Source of the DNA: Haliotis rubra
Lineage: Eukaryota
Length of the DNA stretch: 64,000 bases
NCBI RefSeq assembly: GCF_003918875.1
Contig: NW_025766980.1
Location: 1,798,001-1,862,000, forward strand
Direction of reading: 5' to 3'
Under the pieces are notes generated by a model. That model had not been told where the DNA came from. It saw only the letters and a program-made list of their open reading frames with translations, and did no database searches. Shown here one piece after another: positions 51,672-63,676 of the stretch (position 1 is the first letter of the stretch; every line of letters begins with the position of its first letter). Made by a program: the position numbers and the translations under genes.

Positions 51672-52177
51672 CTACATTGTTCAAAAATATACACAAACTG
51701 TCAGCATGCGCTTAAGCAAACTTTATAATAAGGGCATGTGTTCTAATATAACTTTCGATCTGGCAAAATACTAATATTTAAGCAATATTATTACAAACGT
51801 GTATATTTGCCCTTGCAAGTAAGGAAACCAATAAGACTATTCATAAACAACCGGGAAAATAAAAGCGTACACTTAAAACTTGACGTTAAACGTTCCAAAA
51901 ATTTTACTAGAATCACTCGTTGCGAAATTATGCGTGTAACATCACCTGTGATGTCGCCTGTGACACCAATATCAAATACATCACTATAATAACTCTTTGA
52001 TGTTTCTTTTGATTCGTCTCTAAACACTGGTTAAGCAGAGAATAAGGTGAGTCAGTCAGGGACGTCAGACGTCGCTTTGAACACTATTGAAGTAAGACTG
52101 TTGTAATATATATATAGGAATAAGAATTGTCGACACGTTGCAGATTCAACCATTCTACGTGTCTTTTCCAACGTTAC

Positions 52178-52411
52178 CTTTTACTTTCTCCAAAGAACGT
52201 ATCTTCATTTCTGTAACCTTGATGGACGCCCCATTCCAGCCTTTCCAAAAGATCGCCCTGCCATTATACAGTCCATTTAGGGAGCTTCCGCCGCAGTCCT
52301 GGTACCACCATCCCCCGAAATACGTCTTGGCACAGCTTTCAAAGTATTTGCCATCTTTGTCACTATCTTCAGTAGAGAAGTATTGTCCATCGGCGTCGCG
52401 GAATGAGTCCC
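52178..52411 (-). CDS. Double-FReD gene exon 5: FReD-1 C-terminus (read-through stop at 52155 if unspliced)
   Basis: ttgtag|GG DSF..FSTEDSDKD..CA..GGWWYQDCGGSSLNGLY..TEMKIR..AAA G|gtaacg; 234 bp, phase 1-1. Confidence 0.88.
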
Positions 52412-52514
52412 CTACAAAATTTGTGCCACGACAATCATGATTCCATTTCGGCTTTGATAGGTTCATAATAAATATATAGACATAAACATTCTTCCCAGGT
52501 TCTTCTGCAAGGTT

Positions 52515-52649
52515 TCGTCACGCCGAAGACACAGGTTCGATTCCCCACATGGGTATCAATGTGTGAAACCAATTTCCACCGCCGCGATATTTCTGGAATA
52601 TTGCTAAGAGCGGCGTGAAAACATACTCACTCACTTACTCACTCACTCA
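52515..52649 (+). mobile_element. SINE family A, 5'-truncated
   Basis: B box, body and (ACTC)n tail. Confidence 0.85.
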
Positions 52650-53766
52650 TTCTGTATGGTGTGTGGTTCAGGAATTCTTACGTAAGGACAACGTACATTC
52701 AGAGACTCACAATTATACGTATGTGCTATCCACGTATTGTGTCTCTAGCCGCAAGATTACAAAGGCACGATAAATTGTACAAAATACAAACGTCAATTTC
52801 AGAGAATAATATGATTTTGACCATTGACCGAAAAAGGGTAAAATAGTCATGAAATGATATCGCTGATTGACTGAACGACCGTGGTGCAAAAGGTGTTCCT
52901 TAAAATGGTAAAGGTGTCCTGCAAAGAAAACATTGTGATGAATAGGTATGTTTTAATGCTGTGTTAATGAATCACGATGAAACAGCTATGACACCAGGTG
53001 TTCAATAAAAGCTGTATCCCGCGCACCGTCATAGAAACACGGTGAAACATCTAGATAAGATAGTCTAAGGACAATTTATACATATATGTTATACATATAT
53101 GTTTATATGTTTGGTCGGTGATCAAACGAGAGTTATTACAGTTACGATTTGTGTATTAAGATAATTGTATGCCTAATGTGGGAATAAAGACCGAAGTGAT
53201 GCAGGTCTCAACCCTTGATAACTTTGGAGAAACCTACAGGTATGATGCTGACCAAACGTGGACACGTGGAAACTGGTATCCCACAACTGCGTGTTTCTGG
53301 ACCGCCAATAGACGTAACTCTATGCAGACGTCTGGGTCAGTTAAGGAGGGTGACGTCAACATTCGACCGTGCCTACAACTGAGGTACAATTGCACATACT
53401 CTCTCTACGAAGGTTTCAAAGAACTGCAGATGCTCAAAAAAAAATGTTTGATTGTGGTTACAGTATCTATGGTCTCCAAAGGGCTTCTAGAAAGGAGGAC
53501 AAATTGAAGACGTTTCTAAATTTGACAAATCAGTGACGAAACTAATGTCATTCATTTCCCTATTTGGACTGGTACAATATGCCCTCTTGTTGTTTCAGAT
53601 GACTAATTCCGTCGCCTTTGCGTGTATTTGCCTTTTGGGCAGGACAACGGCACCGTTTCGCAAACAATATCTCATTACAATGTAACAGTGACACACATGA
53701 TACTGTCGGAATTCTACAATAGATTCTCAATTATCAAATCGTTTTAATTTACATTATGATAATCAC

Positions 53767-53931
53767 CTGCATTCCCGAAATATGTCCCAATCTGTATACG
53801 ATATCCGTCCGTGGCGTCAGCAATAGTGACTGGTGTGTAAACTGCGTATATTCTGATTCCATTAAAGTCTTCCAAGTCAAATCTCAGTTGCGACACTGTT
53901 CCCTCCGTTAGACGACGAATCTTTTCATTTC
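53767..53931 (-). CDS. Double-FReD gene exon 4
   Basis: aacag|GA NEKIRRLT..LRFDLEDFNG..YAVY..YRIQIGTYFGNA G|gtgatt; 165 bp. Confidence 0.92.
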
Positions 53932-54232
53932 CTGTTTATAAAAGGTTTTATGGTGAGAAAACAGTTATACTTGAAGGAAACAGTATCAAGCTTTATCGCC
54001 TCTCGAATTATTAATGTGAAAGATTGAAGTGTTGCTTCTATAATATGGAATATATGAAATCAACTACATCTAATTGTCAGCACCTGAAAAAGGAACTTAA
54101 AGGACCTTTTAAATCCGTTTGCATCATCCATCATTCTGTATTTACATGTACGATATATTGAGGATTTAGAGGGGACAATGTAGATTAATGGGACGAGGTT
54201 AATAACATAATTGAGAAACACGACTGGTGAAT

Positions 54233-54964
54233 CATTCTACCATGACATTTAAGTATGTTCGTTTTTGATTGGCTGTTACTAAAATATTAGAAGTGAAAAA
54301 TTTTCAATAACCACTTCTGAGAGCCGGTTCACTGCGCGTAGGAATATTTTGCACTCATTAACCTTTACAAAGGTAAACAAACATGTCGTCTGAAACTGTT
54401 ACGTTTGACCTCAGCGATTTCTTTGATGTGTTTGGATCGGATATGGAGGAAAATATTGACCCAGCCTAGTATGTAAGTCGAATCACACAATCACTGCTTC
54501 TTCGTCTTCGATGTCTGGTCTTTTCAAAATTGACAACAGTCAGGTTGTCATAAATAACTACTTTCGGAACTAAGCAAAGCACTGACACGCATCCAGGACA
54601 GCCACGTTTCGAAAATGGCACGCGCCAATGACGTCAGAACGAAGGTCAAACCAGACGAATCTATTTTTGAAGTTAGAGGGGTGTTCCTTATTACATAACT
54701 CATTCCATTAAAGTTGTCCATAACATAAGAAGTAGAATGCCAGTACAGATGTTGCAACTTGCAATGTATTTGAAGAAAACTTCGTTGTGGAAATAATTAA
54801 AACATTTGACACTATGTAAATTGTTTCTTTTTCCTGTTTCACCCCGAGTATGGGCGAAACCATTTAGAAGGCTCTATCCGCAGTAGTGTCAAAACACTAC
54901 GCAAGGGTAATGAGTGCATATTTAAAACGCGTTTTATTCATGGTGCATATGTCATGGTAGAATG
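54233..54964. mobile_element. Non-autonomous DNA element with 16-bp TIR and subterminal inverted repeats
   Basis: cattctaccatgacat / atgtcatggtagaatg; tgcactcatta / taatgagtgca. Confidence 0.7.
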
Positions 54965-56512
54965 GAGATAATCCTATTGTGTTTACATTTTGGAAGTGAT
55001 TATAGTTCCAAACAATACATCGAGCATGTTGACATGTTATAGCATGATTAAAAGTGCAGTAACAATGCATACAACAATAACGATTAGTTATGGGACAAAA
55101 TATACTATACTTTTTTGAATAAGTAGGAGATTTTAACGGTGAAAATGATTAGAGGTTTTTCGGTGGTTTTCCATGTAGCGTTTCTTCATAAGAAGTTTAT
55201 CTTCAACGCATCTTTGTTTTATTACTCTGTCTGCATGTTTATATATTCCTGATGCTCCTCTCTTTTGGCAAAGCATGTATAGGTTTGTGATGGTCCTTGA
55301 GACTATCGATCCTCACAATCTGTAACCTTTACTTAAACAGCCGTTCGAAACGACTGAGATTGGTGACACTATGCAGAACAGGCCCTTTTATCTATTAAAA
55401 CATCGTCCAGCAGCATAAAAAGTAAGCGTTAGTACTGAATAGCACAGCTGAAGTGTTATTTGAAATGGCATGTCACATCGACATATGCTTTAGTAAAACC
55501 GTGAGGGTTCAGTAAAGCAAATGTTCCCCCTTGGCATTGCTGTTGGTAACATTGTAGGAGCCAGGGTCCCGTTTGTGGAGCACGTGTCAGCAAAGGATCA
55601 TAAAGGACACTCAATGGTCATATTGTTAGAATAACCATTTGTCATTAAATGGCTGATGCAACACAGAAAATAAACTTCTTACATTTTCGGTGCAGCACGT
55701 TTATTTCGTTGTCCACATACGTATACGTTGGTTATACGTGTATAATTTGGATAAACGTTTAAACAATTTAATAACAGGAAACCACTACAACAATGAAGCT
55801 GAAACTAGCTATGCTACTTCCAACATATTATGAAACCTAAATGTACTTAATGGGTACGAATTCAATAATACATGTCAATTATAGAAGCCACTCTGAGTAA
55901 CATATTCAACGCCGCTTATTATCAGGATGAAATGTGTTTTTCAAACGTTCCGAGGTTGTTTTTCTGGGTTTTTTAAAAAAATATATTATTGTTATTGTTT
56001 TGGGTCTTTTGCGATAGCTTGGGTTTTGAGCTAGTCTCGACGATGACATCAATGTATGGATCACTGAAGTATGTATTTACCCTCGTTCCAATAAAAGAAA
56101 AATCCTAAACAGATATTCCCGACATATAGAGGCTTAATAATGAATTACATCTTCGATTTTTATGAATCCTGATGAAAGCTGATAATATCACTTGTCGTTT
56201 CTCGCCTCCTGTCATGTTTTCATATTGACGGCCTAGAACTGTTTTACGTGTGATATTCCAGTAACAAATTCTCCAATTTTAGGTTGACACTGACCTCGCG
56301 TTATAATTACGTGCTAAATCTAAATAGTGTGATAAGCGTTAAATATGACACACACTTATGTGTTAGTTCAAGACACAGGCTCGTTACAACTTTATAGTTT
56401 TGTCAAGTGGAAGAAGTCAATGTATTGATAGTGAGTATAACTAAACCTAATGCATTAGGAATTCCTTCTGTACTGGCATACAAGGTTGTTGATGTTTATC
56501 GAGTCTACATAC

Positions 56513-56609
56513 CTAACCAAAACCCTGTCTTCAGATCTCCAAATCCTTCTTTGTACTCAGCACTTGTTCTGTTGAACAATACTGACCCATCACGCCTCTT
56601 CTGTATAAC
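56513..56609 (-). CDS. Double-FReD gene exon 3
   Basis: gtttag|VIQKRRDGSVLFNRTSAEYKEGFGDLKTGFWL G|gtatgt; 97 bp. Confidence 0.92.
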
Positions 56610-57740
56610 CTAAACACATAAATGCTGGATTATATATCTATTAACAAACGTCTTCTGTGTTACCTAAGCATATACATGTGATATTTTGGATGCATGAACA
56701 TGCCTTTCCTGTATTAGTTCAACACATAAATGTGGGATTGTGTATGTGTGAACATAACATATAAATGTGGGATTGTGTATGTGTGAACATATTTCCTCTG
56801 TATTACTGGAACATATAAATGTGGGATTGTGTATGTGTGAACATATTTCCTCTGTATTACTGGACACATAAATGTGGGATTGTGTATGTGTGAACATATT
56901 TCCTCTGTATTACCTGAACACATAAATGTGGGATTGTGTATGTGTGAACATATTTCCTCTGTATTACTGGAACACATAAATGTGGGATTGTGTAACATAT
57001 TTCCTCTGTGAACATATTTCCTCTGTATTACTGGAACACATAAATGTGGGATTGTGTATGTGTGAACATATTTCCTCTGTATTACCTGAACACATAAATG
57101 TGGGATTGTGTATGTGTGAACATATTTCCTCTGTATTACCTGGAACACATAAATGTGGGATTGTGTATGTGTGAACATATTTCCTCTGTATTACCTGAAC
57201 ACATAAATGTGGGATTGTGTATGTGTGAACATATTTCCTCTGTATTACTGGAACATATAAATGTGGGATTGTGTATGTGTGAACATATTTCCCCTGTATT
57301 ACCGGAACATATAAATGTGGGATTGTGTATGTGTGAACATATTTCCTCTGTATTACTGGAACATATAAATGTGGGATTGTGTATGTGTGAACATATTTCC
57401 TCTGTATTACCGGAACACATAAATGTGGGATTGTGTATGTGTGAACATATTTCCTCTGTATTACTGGAACACATAAATGTGGGATTGTGTATGTGTGAAC
57501 ATATTTCCTCTGTATTACTGGAACACATATAATGTGGGATTGTGTATGTGTGAACATATTTCCCCTGTATTAGCTCAACACATAAATGTGGGATTGTGTA
57601 TGTGTGAACATATTTCCCCTGTATTACTGGACACATAAATGTGGGATTGTGTATGTGTGAACATATTTCCTTGTATTACCGGAACACATAAATGCTAGAT
57701 TGCACATGCATGTCTCTTTGTATATGTGACCTCTCTTCTG
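56600..57740. repeat. 54-bp minisatellite (~18 units plus degenerate flanks) abutting FReD exon 3
   Basis: Unit ataaatgtgggattgtgtatgtgtgaacatatttcctctgtattactggaacac. Confidence 0.97.
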
Positions 57741-58476
57741 TAACTAAACAGACCCCTGTATTGTATGTAAACACACATCAAATGCTTGGTCCCAAATGCT
57801 GGATTTGCTTCATTAATTATCACTATTAGTCAGTCCTGTTAACTAAACTTGGATAAGTAAACATTACCGGACGTGAACACGATCCTTCTTCTCACGGTCC
57901 CTAAATTACATTATATAGGGAAAAGAGACTGGATAACTAAATTAGCGATCACCACATAATCCGACATGAGGGGCAAGTGTCAGTCTCCAGTTCAACAAAC
58001 ATCCTACTTACAGCTCGCTGGCGTCATGCAGTTGACAATACACTGACAACTGGAGGCCAGCCCTGATAAGTGGTTCATTGTTACATATGCATACATATAC
58101 ATGCATATGGTTGTCATTTGCAGATTTTTATAGGTTTGGATAAGTAAAATACCTGATAAGTAAACAATTTTGGCGAGTCCCTTGGAATTTTACTTATCAG
58201 GTTTCCACTGTATGTCTTTTATAAATCAGTATTACTTACGTGACGAACACTATACCGTGGACGATTGTTCAATTGTCATAAACTTGGGGGCATCGAACGT
58301 CATATCAGTAACCCCTATTACATCAAAACATTGCTTGTAAGGTAAATGGGGTAAACCTGTAGCTTGGTGATCAGGGCAATCAGGTTTGGAGAACTTGCTG
58401 GCAACTTAAGGACTGCTAAAAGAGTATGGGAGGTTTTAGAAATATTCCACTGAGTTGACATTGTTGTGTTACTTAC

Positions 58477-58597
58477 AGTCCAGGCATGGCTCGCTGTTGT
58501 CAGGTCACAGTATACTCGGAAGGGGGTGTCGTTGCCAGGATTTATGGTGTACAGGCCACTCAAGGCATCAGGGTGTTGCTTTTCAAGACAGAACAAT
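58477..58597 (-). CDS. Double-FReD gene exon 2: FReD-1 start, with a 1-nt frameshift at ~58580-58583
   Basis: tttcag|AT CSVLK(K)QHPDALSGLYTINPGNDTPFRVYCDLTTASHAWT|gtaagt; 121 bp where 122 is needed. Confidence 0.87.
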
Positions 58598-58811
58598 CTG
58601 AAATTGAAGAAATACGTCTTTAGTGATTTGACCTGATAATTATATCAAATTATGATTAGTTTCCCAAGCAATATTTTTTTAAAAACGCAGTCCATTATTA
58701 TGTTTAATGTATTTGTTGTGAGAAGTGACTTTATGAATTTGAGTTAAAACCGGAGTGCATGCATGAAGAAGTGTGTGTAATGTCCACACTTGGTCCGACG
58801 TCAAGCAAATC

Positions 58812-59462
58812 AAAACAAGAGTCATCAGAAGATGATAAATCTCCCCGACCCTCACAAATTTGAAAGAACAAATTATCTGACAGATACTTAAAGTCAAACT
58901 TGATTTTTTTAGACTGAGTCCAAATCGTTTCCATGGAAATCATGCAAAATATAAATACAAAAAAACTGCAAATAGCAAAAGGTAACAATTCAAGAGCTGT
59001 TTGATATGTCTGCCAAGTCTTGTAAAAAGATACTGAACGGTTTTCGAGTAGTACTCCGGAAACGAAGCCCAGCCTAACGTTTGAGACTATGTCCAAATCG
59101 TTTCCATGGAAACCGAGAAAAATAAAAATGACAAAAATCTGCAAATAGCAACAGGCACCACTTTGGGATCTGTTTGATATATCTCCCAAGTTTTGTTGAA
59201 AGTTATGTAACGGTTTTCGAGAAATACTCCGGAAACGAAACCCACCCCTCCCTTTTTAGTCCAACACGTTTCCATGGAAATGAAGAAAAACTAAAAGTGA
59301 CAAAAAAGTGTAAATAGCAACTGGCACGCTTTTATGTTCTGTTTGATATATCTACCGATGTTGAAAAATATTGAACGGTTTTTGAGATATGCTCTGGAAA
59401 CAAAATGATGACGGACGGACGGACAGACAGACGAGGCGTCGACTATAGGGAGGGGATAATAA
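58812..59462 (+). mobile_element. Helentron-associated (HINE/DINE-1-like) non-autonomous element
   Basis: Starts aaacaagag; three ~170-bp core repeats (tccaaatcgtttccatggaaa..ccggaaac), (GACG/GACA)n microsatellite, G-rich 3' end. Confidence 0.6.
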
Positions 59463-61650
59463 ACACAATGAAGTAGGTATTAACATAAATACATAAAATA
59501 CACGAAACAAGCAATGATGTCAACTGAAGTGTTGCAATGTTTTTCAGTAGTTTTATTACATTTGAAGATATGGTTGTACTCTGTTAATAATGATGCAAAA
59601 AATAGGTAAATTACATCTACACAAAGAGGAGAATATGGGAATGTGATGCAAAATGATTTAATATTACAAATTTTTTTGGGGATTATTCTTTGTTTCACTA
59701 TCTTCAAGCTTGAAGACATTATTTATTGTTCCCAAATCAAGTATACAGAGTAATACATACAGTACCTGTAGAAATATGTAAGCAGGTATACATTGGTGAT
59801 ATAACTGGGTTCTCCAGTTATTACATGTAAAATATCACAAGTTAGACGAAGTCTTCGGGTTAATAAACTGCGAATAATGAAGACCATTTTTATAAAAATT
59901 TATCAAAATCATTATTTCTTTTGATTAACATGTTTGGTTAAAGTCATCAGGTTTAAAAACAGGAAATAATGGAGACCTTTTCTCTGAAAACTTATCAAAA
60001 TCATTATTTCTTTGGGGGAAAAAAATTCAACTTTGAATGTGTCTTTTAAAAACTATAAGAAAATATTCAATTTTGGATACATTTTATTCAGGGTGCAAAT
60101 GTAAATGTGTGTTTTAGCAGAGAAGATCATATGATGTAATAGTGGGTCTTTCTCTAAACTACCAAATAAGGAATATTGTCTGTTGCAGTTCTTGTATGCT
60201 TTGAATAATCCTATTTTGAAAGTCATTCCAAAAGGTTTTGGTTCCATCACTTGCCCAATATACATGGCATAAGTTCTCATTCACATCATTACACAAAGAG
60301 CATATTTCATTATCAACCAGTTTCATCTTCACCAATTCTTTTTAGTATAAATAATTCCATGTAGGAACTTATATTGAAAGTCTAGAAGTTTAATGTCCCT
60401 TAAATCCTTTCTATAAGTGTGACGTTAAATATTAACTCACTCACACTCACTTTTCTATAAGTATTAAAAGTCTTATGCAATTCAAACTCAATATCATCAA
60501 ATCAGTTCTAAGAAATTAATATAAGAATTAATTTACATATCGGATATGGCCGTCCAAATCGCTCTTACGTGCTTTCTCGTGTTGAACGTTGTCATCTTTT
60601 CTTATAAATTGTGAAACTACAAAACGTATCCGCTGATATTGACGAACTTTGTATTGGAATAGTTTGGTTCACGGTGAACAAAACATAACGCAAATATAGC
60701 GTCCGTATCCACAATAAATTCTTTCCAAGTGATCTGACCTAGTGTTAAGCATAGCGGAGTTATGCTCCCGCATATGACCTCTCTGTCGTCGTTTGACGTG
60801 ATCGAAGAAAATCCATTTTCGCCGTTTCCTAGTCATTTTTAAGATTGAACGTATAACGTTATGCATAAGCACACAAACCCATTTCATATATACTTATGTC
60901 GTTCAGATATCAGGCAGTATTTTGTTTACTCACACGTTCCAGAAAGATGCCAGATTAAAAAAATCTTAGCTCAATGCTTTATTTGGTGCACGATAAAAAG
61001 CAGAGAAATTTACTGTTTTTAAACGCATAGCAAAATTTTGGACAACATTTAGCAGTGTCTATTTCTCAAACCGGTACTTGCAGTTATATTTATACCAACG
61101 GATAGGAAATTTAATATTCTACAATTCTGTGTAATTTTATAGCCGTACGCAGATCCAGGACAACGCAGCGCAATTCTCGCACAACGTTCACATTTCAAAC
61201 CGCATGAACATGTGCGCCTGAATAAATCACGGCATCCAGGGGGTTAAGATAGATTATTTTCTTTACAACAGAACTGATACAGTACGTTGTTGCAGGGTGG
61301 AGTGACAGATATGATAACAAGACATTATGCCTGCTATTGTTTGAATGGCATAGGGATATATAACTATCTTGACTATCCAGTTTATGGATGTTATACAAAT
61401 GGTAGTGAGACATTGTCGTCGTCAATCATAAAACGTCGACCCCACCCCCACCCCCACCCCCCACTCCGTGCAGCGGTCACAGGGTGTCAGTTTTATCTAA
61501 AGGGGGAAGTAGCTGTGGCTGAAACTCTGTGATGACACCTGTTGTTTTCGTTCTGATGAACATGCTTCAAAGAGGTGGTGAGTGGAATTTAAGCGGCTTT
61601 ATACATTACTGTTTCACATATTCTGACACCCCATGCTATTTCATGTAAGA

Positions 61651-61718
61651 GTGAGTGAGTTTAGTTTTATGCCGTCTTTAGGAATATTCCAGCAATTTCA
61701 CGGCGGGGACACCAGAAC
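61651..61718 (-). mobile_element. SINE family A, 3' fragment
   Basis: Tail homology; 11-bp TSD ttcatgtaaga. Confidence 0.85.
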
Positions 61719-62390
61719 TTCATGTAAGACAAAAGCCAGGAGTGATACATGTTTTTGACGTTAACACTTGATAAAACACATGTATATCTCTTCTTATGAT
61801 GACGTTCTATCATATTTATAATTAAATTTTAATGCTGCTTTTTAAGTATTAAGTAGTGATGCAACGGTTGTTACGTGGGTTTCTTTGCTGACAAACAGAC
61901 TGTTTGATGCATAGTACTAAGGTGTTGTATTTTATGCATTTAAAAAAATATTGAACAAAACGGTGAAGTACTATTCCATCCGGTTTCATCATTTAACGCA
62001 AACAGCCCTGCACCTGATCAGTATGGAGCAGGTTCACCAAGCACGAATACAGGTTTGGTAATGGAGATACATTCCATCTGAGCCAAACAATCACGGTTCA
62101 CTGGTCATATACGATGAACTTATATACTTATCATATATCGTATCTGATGTAAATCACCAAATATATAAAAAAACATTGGAGAAATTCACAATTCGAAATA
62201 ACGGTTGACAGAGAATTCCTGACCTTCTAAAAAGTGTCCAAATCAAGAAAAACACTGTCACCACGTGTGTGTTGAAAACTACCGTACGTGTTTTGGTGTT
62301 AGGTTTTACAGAGAAGAAACTCCTTGCATAACATGTTTGACGTCACTGGTATTGACAATATTTCAGTACTCTCTGCCTTTTAGGTATATA

Positions 62391-62815
62391 TACTACCCAT
62401 CAAAGGTTTAGACTCACTTAATGCACTCACTATATGTTATGTATATATGTATGGTTACATCGAAGATGAATTTCTCCACTAACTTGGGGGAACCAACTGC
62501 AAACCTTATGCAGATGAATTGCTTGAGGATCATGCATCGAATTGCTGTAAAGCATGTGCAAATGTCGTGCATGTGAACAGCTGCGTTTTGGTGTAAAGTT
62601 GTGTTAAGAATTCGTCAGTTTTCACTGAGTTTCATAATATTGAACTCATGACAATAATATTTTCAATGTTACAATTTTGTTTTACAATACATCAGTTCAT
62701 CTGTAAACAGTACCCTTAGACGGTATGAAATATTTTGCAAAATCTAGTTTAGAACAGTTGCCTGAAGTAAGTGGCTACATTTACACTAGTGAGTCTAAAC
62801 TTTCTATGGGAAGTA
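62391..62815 (+). mobile_element. Tc1-derived MITE (deletion derivative of the 6248-7456 family)
   Basis: TIR tactacccatcaaaggtttagactcact / agtgagtctaaactttctatgggaagta, TA flanks; body is the reverse complement of ~6250-6590. Confidence 0.88.
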
Positions 62816-62988
62816 TAGTTATAGTCTTGAAGTGCGTGTCATTGTATCCAAGTTGCGCAAATTGATGTTCATGATATCTGTATTGTCTGGTGCAGACTCC
62901 ACGGTCATATAGCTAGACAGTTGGTGATTGTGGCTTTATACAACAACAAATTAACAAAGAAATATAAGAAGTAATTGAAAAATCTCAC

Positions 62989-63676
62989 CCCTCAGAATAC
63001 CATATTTCCTTGAAGCACTGGTGTCAAGAAAGGGTTTTGGAGTTGTTATTGTTCTGACAGTGTCGGGTGCAATAACTGCTAATTTTGAATCCTCCTTTAC
63101 AACTCTGTCTTCTGATTCTTCAGAAGATCTTCCTGAACCGTCTTCTGCTGCTAAAGCAGACCCATCCTCAACAACACTGTCTTCTGATTCTTTAGAAGAT
63201 CTTCCTGAACCGTCTTCTGCTGCTAAAGTGGAATCATCCTCAACAACACTGTCTTCTGATTCTTCAGAAGATCTTCCTGAACCGTCTTCTGCTGCTAAAG
63301 TGGAATCATCCTCAACAACACTGTCTTCTGATTCTTCAGAAGATCTTCCTGAGCCGTCTTCTGCTGCTAAAGTGGAATCATCCTCTACAACGCTGTGCAT
63401 TCCTTCCAACAGAGCATTCCTCTGGTAAACATCAGTACTAATCTGAACGTAGGATTCCACAAATACGTTCTTTCTCTGTGTCCAAATGTGCTGGCCAGTT
63501 TTGAAATCACAGAACCATTTTCCTGGCGACTTATAGGTTTTGGTAACTTGTTCACACTTTGGGGTCAAGGAACAATAAATGAAGCATCTAAGACTACTCC
63601 CTGTGGAAATATTCTGCTTGATACCATGTATTACTGAAAGCTGAAGTAAGGAGGATACAAGAGCAAACAGTATCAT
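62989..63676 (-). CDS. Double-FReD gene exon 1: signal peptide, PAN/apple-like Cys motif, 24-aa acidic repeats
   Basis: MILFALVSSLLQLSVIHG; SSLRCFIYCSLTPKC..WFC; donor AGG G|gtgaga (phase 1) gives LR-D-C at the FReD start. Confidence 0.85.
63074..63394 (-). repeat. Coding 72-bp tandem repeat x4 plus a partial copy
   Basis: SVVEDDSTLAAEDGSGRSSEESED units. Confidence 0.95.

Noticed and set aside
56664-57636. Long repetitive ORFs in several frames
   Set aside because: Products of the 54-bp minisatellite, not independent genes.
60520-61247. piggyBac-like end (..gggggttaa)
   Set aside because: No matching left terminus or transposase remnant found.
63021-63428. Plus-strand Ser-rich ORF
   Set aside because: Antisense shadow of the coding repeat.
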